IMG/VR virus record: IMGVR_UViG_3300047673_000475
Direction: 5' to 3' (one strand)
DNA from: an uncultured virus (IMG/VR IMGVR_UViG_3300047673_000475)
Taxonomy: Duplodnaviria > Heunggongvirae > Uroviricota > Caudoviricetes
DNA length: 20,000 nucleotides
Within the stretch, counting starts at the first letter, position 1; each line of letters starts with the position of its first letter. Of the stretch, positions 17,456 through 20,000 are shown piece by piece. Position numbers and translations under genes: made by a program. The notes beneath the pieces were generated by a model, which was not told where the DNA came from, made no database searches, and was given only the letters and a program-made list of their open reading frames with translations.

Positions 17456-17900
17456 AAACCTATTGATCGACTTCACGCAAGAGATCCATGGGTTTCTGCG
17501 CGTGGCGACCCAGCCTTTTCGTCCGCCCTTTGATTTGAGCGAAGTGCTGGCGAGCGTGTTTGGCGCAATTAGCGTGTATGATTGTGCAGAGTCTGAGCTC
17601 ACGGAAGTGGCGATCGTACTGGCATACGACTGCGGCTACCAGGAGTTCCGCATCGAGGAAGCCGATATTCCCCGTGGTCCTCATCGCGATATGTTTGAAG
17701 CCGTGATGAAGATGGGACTCGCCATGCGAGATCGGTTGCGCTTTGAGTACAACGCTTATCTGCCGCCTGACGGCTATTTTCCCTATCTTTTTGCGGAGGT
17801 CCACAGTGACCATCTTGTCCGGTTTGCCAAGGCCGATTTTGAGGAGTTCGGTCAACCGCCAGCCTCCTTCGACCTTTTTGGTTCTGGATACCGACTCTGA
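17445..17900 (+). CDS. Hypothetical protein, array member E (151 aa, GTG start)
   Basis: GGGGA SD; GTG at 17445 overlaps the end of D. Confidence 0.75.
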   Translation: MYTENLLIDFTQEIHGFLRVATQPFRPPFDLSEVLASVFGAISVYDCAESELTEVAIVLAYDCGYQEFRIEEADIPRGPHRDMFEAVMKMGLAMRDRLRFEYNAYLPPDGYFPYLFAEVHSDHLVRFAKADFEEFGQPPASFDLFGSGYRL

Positions 17901-18282
17901 GTTGGCCACGCTGCTGTGGAAAGCTCGAGATCTGGAGTCATTGATTCCGGATACGCCCGTCATGCTGGTGGATAAGTTTCCCCACACGGTGATGGACATG
18001 GTCGCCCAGATCGTGATGGAGTCGATCCACTACGAGCGCACAGCCCGTGATGAGTTGAACTTCGCCTGTGCCGAGATGTTCCTGAATGAATTGGGTTCCT
18101 CGTGCGAGGACTCGTATCGGCGTTTTGCCGGGCTCTTGAATCGCTTTGGCGAAGAGGTGCTCGAGAAGCTGCGCATGATGCGGGCCTACCAGAACGGTTA
18201 CCTGTATTATCAGTTCCACGACTGGCTCGGTCGTGACATGGTGCTGCGACACCTGCATGCTGAGCACATCCCTAACCTGTGA
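17878..18282 (+). CDS. Hypothetical protein, array member F (~134 aa; start uncertain)
   Basis: Open frame overlapping the end of E, with TTG at 17878 or 17902. Clear similarity to the C-termini of E and G. Confidence 0.7.
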   Translation: MVLDTDSELATLLWKARDLESLIPDTPVMLVDKFPHTVMDMVAQIVMESIHYERTARDELNFACAEMFLNELGSSCEDSYRRFAGLLNRFGEEVLEKLRMMRAYQNGYLYYQFHDWLGRDMVLRHLHAEHIPNL

Positions 18283-18289
18283 ATTGACT

Positions 18290-18691
18290 ATGGCAAACGA
18301 GCATTACAGCAGACTCATGATCGTTGAGACGGCGGATCTCTGGGCGCAGTTTCTGTTTGAAGTGCAAGGTTTGCCTATTCACTTCAACGATAAGCGCGAA
18401 ATCATCACGCAGATCTTCGAAGTGTTTTTGGACTATTCAGCAAACGGTCCTGCCCGACTCGAGGCGCTGCCCATTACCAATCGTATAGTAGACCCGGTTT
18501 ATGAAAACACGGCGTCTAGCGAGTATCAGCGATTGCGGGCAGCGGTTCAAAATCTGGCACAGAGTGTGTACGCGCGTCTCGAGGGATTGCGTGGACTACG
18601 TACAGGAGCGGCCGGTAGCGGCTACGGCTTCCCGTACTACGTCCACCAGTTTCTCGGTGACGACGTGATTTTGGATCACCTGCCCTTCTGA
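18290..18691 (+). CDS. Hypothetical protein, array member G (133 aa)
   Basis: ATG at 18290, 7 nt after the stop of F. Confidence 0.75.
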   Translation: MANEHYSRLMIVETADLWAQFLFEVQGLPIHFNDKREIITQIFEVFLDYSANGPARLEALPITNRIVDPVYENTASSEYQRLRAAVQNLAQSVYARLEGLRGLRTGAAGSGYGFPYYVHQFLGDDVILDHLPF

Positions 18692-18725
18692 TCTTTTTTT
18701 TTTGTTCATTTGGGCACGGGAAACC

Positions 18726-19127
18726 ATGGCTTACAATTTTGCTATCGGGCAGACGTACTCGTTTAACGTCTATCCGCCTCTGCTGGGCAGCGACTGGCAG
18801 AACGTCAAGGTCACCTCGGTGATGTCGTACGAAGACGCGATGAAGGACGAAGACATGACGTCCTTGCACGTGCAGTTCTATCCGTTCTTCGGTCCGCAGA
18901 CCCACACGCCGAACGATCCGGCCGCGTACCTGTACATCAAGGTCAAGACGCAAAACGGCAACACCCAAATTCTGGGTGTGGCATGGATTGACGACTCGTC
19001 CGTGACGCTCGTCACAGCGCAGACCATCACGGCGACCATCGCCCAGGTGACCCCGCAGGACATTCCGAAGGTTCAGGCTATTTTGGCCGCCAACGGTTAC
19101 AACTTCGTTACGGTAGCGATCAAGTAA
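18726..19127 (+). CDS. Conserved jumbo-phage beta-rich protein (probably phiKZ gp49-like), 133 aa
   Basis: ATG at 18726 (MAYNFAIGQTYSFNVYPPLLG...ILGVAWIDDSSV) with a GGGA SD and strong codon bias. Its position before the polymerase matches my recollection of phiKZ-family synteny. Confidence 0.65.
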   Translation: MAYNFAIGQTYSFNVYPPLLGSDWQNVKVTSVMSYEDAMKDEDMTSLHVQFYPFFGPQTHTPNDPAAYLYIKVKTQNGNTQILGVAWIDDSSVTLVTAQTITATIAQVTPQDIPKVQAILAANGYNFVTVAIK

Positions 19128-19219
19128 ACGTGGGTTTACCCTAGTTAATTTATATCGCCCATCCGTAATGTTCTGAAGAGAAAGGCCCGGCAAGCCTGTA
19201 CCCTCATCGACAGCAGACC

Positions 19220-19640
19220 TCCTCCTGACTGGTGCCGATAAGGACTCTCGCGCGAGCCCTCCCGCGGGCTACCGCGCCGTATGCCTAGACGCGGGGCTGG
19301 CTTATTCACGCTGCTGGGGTTTCCTCCTTGTTTCCCCTGGCACCAGCGTTTCCTCGTACATCGATCCTACTCCTATCGCTGCTCTGCGCCTCCGCAAGCG
19401 CTCTTTGGCGAATATAGGAGTCTCCTGTGGAAGTTGGTCGATCGCGTGGATTAAGAGTAAGCTGGCCCCTGTCTATCTCGATTTTGGTTGAAGTGGTAGT
19501 GGTAGTAGAGTCTCTGTGGCTCCGAATTGATCGGGCATGTTCAGTGACTGGTTTTCCTTTTCGGTACTTGTAACGACCTGTATTTAGGCGAGGTGGCGGC
19601 CCGAAACCGCTCCTCGCCCTTTTTTCCTTTTTATGCCGCT
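19220..19640 (+). ncRNA. Candidate structured non-coding RNA 2 (family unknown)
   Basis: Nested stems: 19243-48/19507-12, 19268-75/19493-500, 19286-90/19471-75, 19293-307/19455-69 (15 bp, 3 G-U), 19308-13/19344-49, 19369-76/19414-21. Ends in a terminator-like hairpin 19587-19618, a U tract and TATGCCG. The ORF track shows no ORF inside it. Confidence 0.6.
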
Positions 19641-19694
19641 GATTCGTTTTTATTGGGCTCCTTGATCATGTAGGTCGACAAGGAGTAAAACAAA

Positions 19695-20000
19695 GTGTCA
19701 GAAGCGAACAACCCATTTGTACTGGCGCCTTCCCAGTACAAGCGCGATCTAAACGTCCTCGGCTATTATGTCCAGGACTGCGCGACCTATTTGCATCAAA
19801 TGACGGGGGCACCGATCGAGGACTGCACGACCTTTGTGAAAACGGAGATGCGTCCCGGCGGACAGTTTGAATTCAAGGACCCGAAGATCGTCTACCTCGA
19901 GCGTCAGGACAACGGTGACCGGGTCCAGATGGAAGGCACGCTGCAGGCCTACCTGAATGATTCGATCCGTAACAAAGAACTGATTGCGCCGACGCTCACC
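19695..20000 (+). CDS. N-terminus of a probable phiKZ gp50-like DNA polymerase subunit (truncated by the window edge)
   Basis: AAGGAG SD, GTG at 19695, open to the end: MSEANNPFVLAPSQYKRDLNVLGYYVQDCATYL...ERQDNGDR...LIAPTLT. The NPF...YKRDL start and synteny recall this family; no catalytic motif lies within the window. Confidence 0.6.
   Translation, partial: MSEANNPFVLAPSQYKRDLNVLGYYVQDCATYLHQMTGAPIEDCTTFVKTEMRPGGQFEFKDPKIVYLERQDNGDRVQMEGTLQAYLNDSIRNKELIAPTLT

Overview
This window comes from a phiKZ-related jumbo phage (nucleus-forming, Chimalliviridae-like). The left part (minus strand) carries a large terminase subunit running off the left edge, a free-standing HNH endonuclease in the same frame directly upstream of it, and probable virion proteins. 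An AT-rich, palindrome-dense divergent intergenic region (~5900-6600) follows, then a plus-strand run of small orphan early genes behind a repeated phage-type promoter. The right part has one conserved minus-strand gene, the phage tubulin PhuZ, and, at the edge, the N-terminus of a probable phiKZ-type DNA polymerase. The most striking unexplained block lies between phuZ and the polymerase: a ~650-nt highly base-paired non-coding segment, a tandem array of seven small proteins that look like divergent paralogs, a conserved 133-aa gene, and a second ~420-nt highly base-paired non-coding segment. Also notable: the terminase seems to lack a canonical start codon, and intergenic hairpins repeatedly carry a TATGCCG tag. 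phiKZ gp-number assignments come from memory of the family and synteny, not from a database search.
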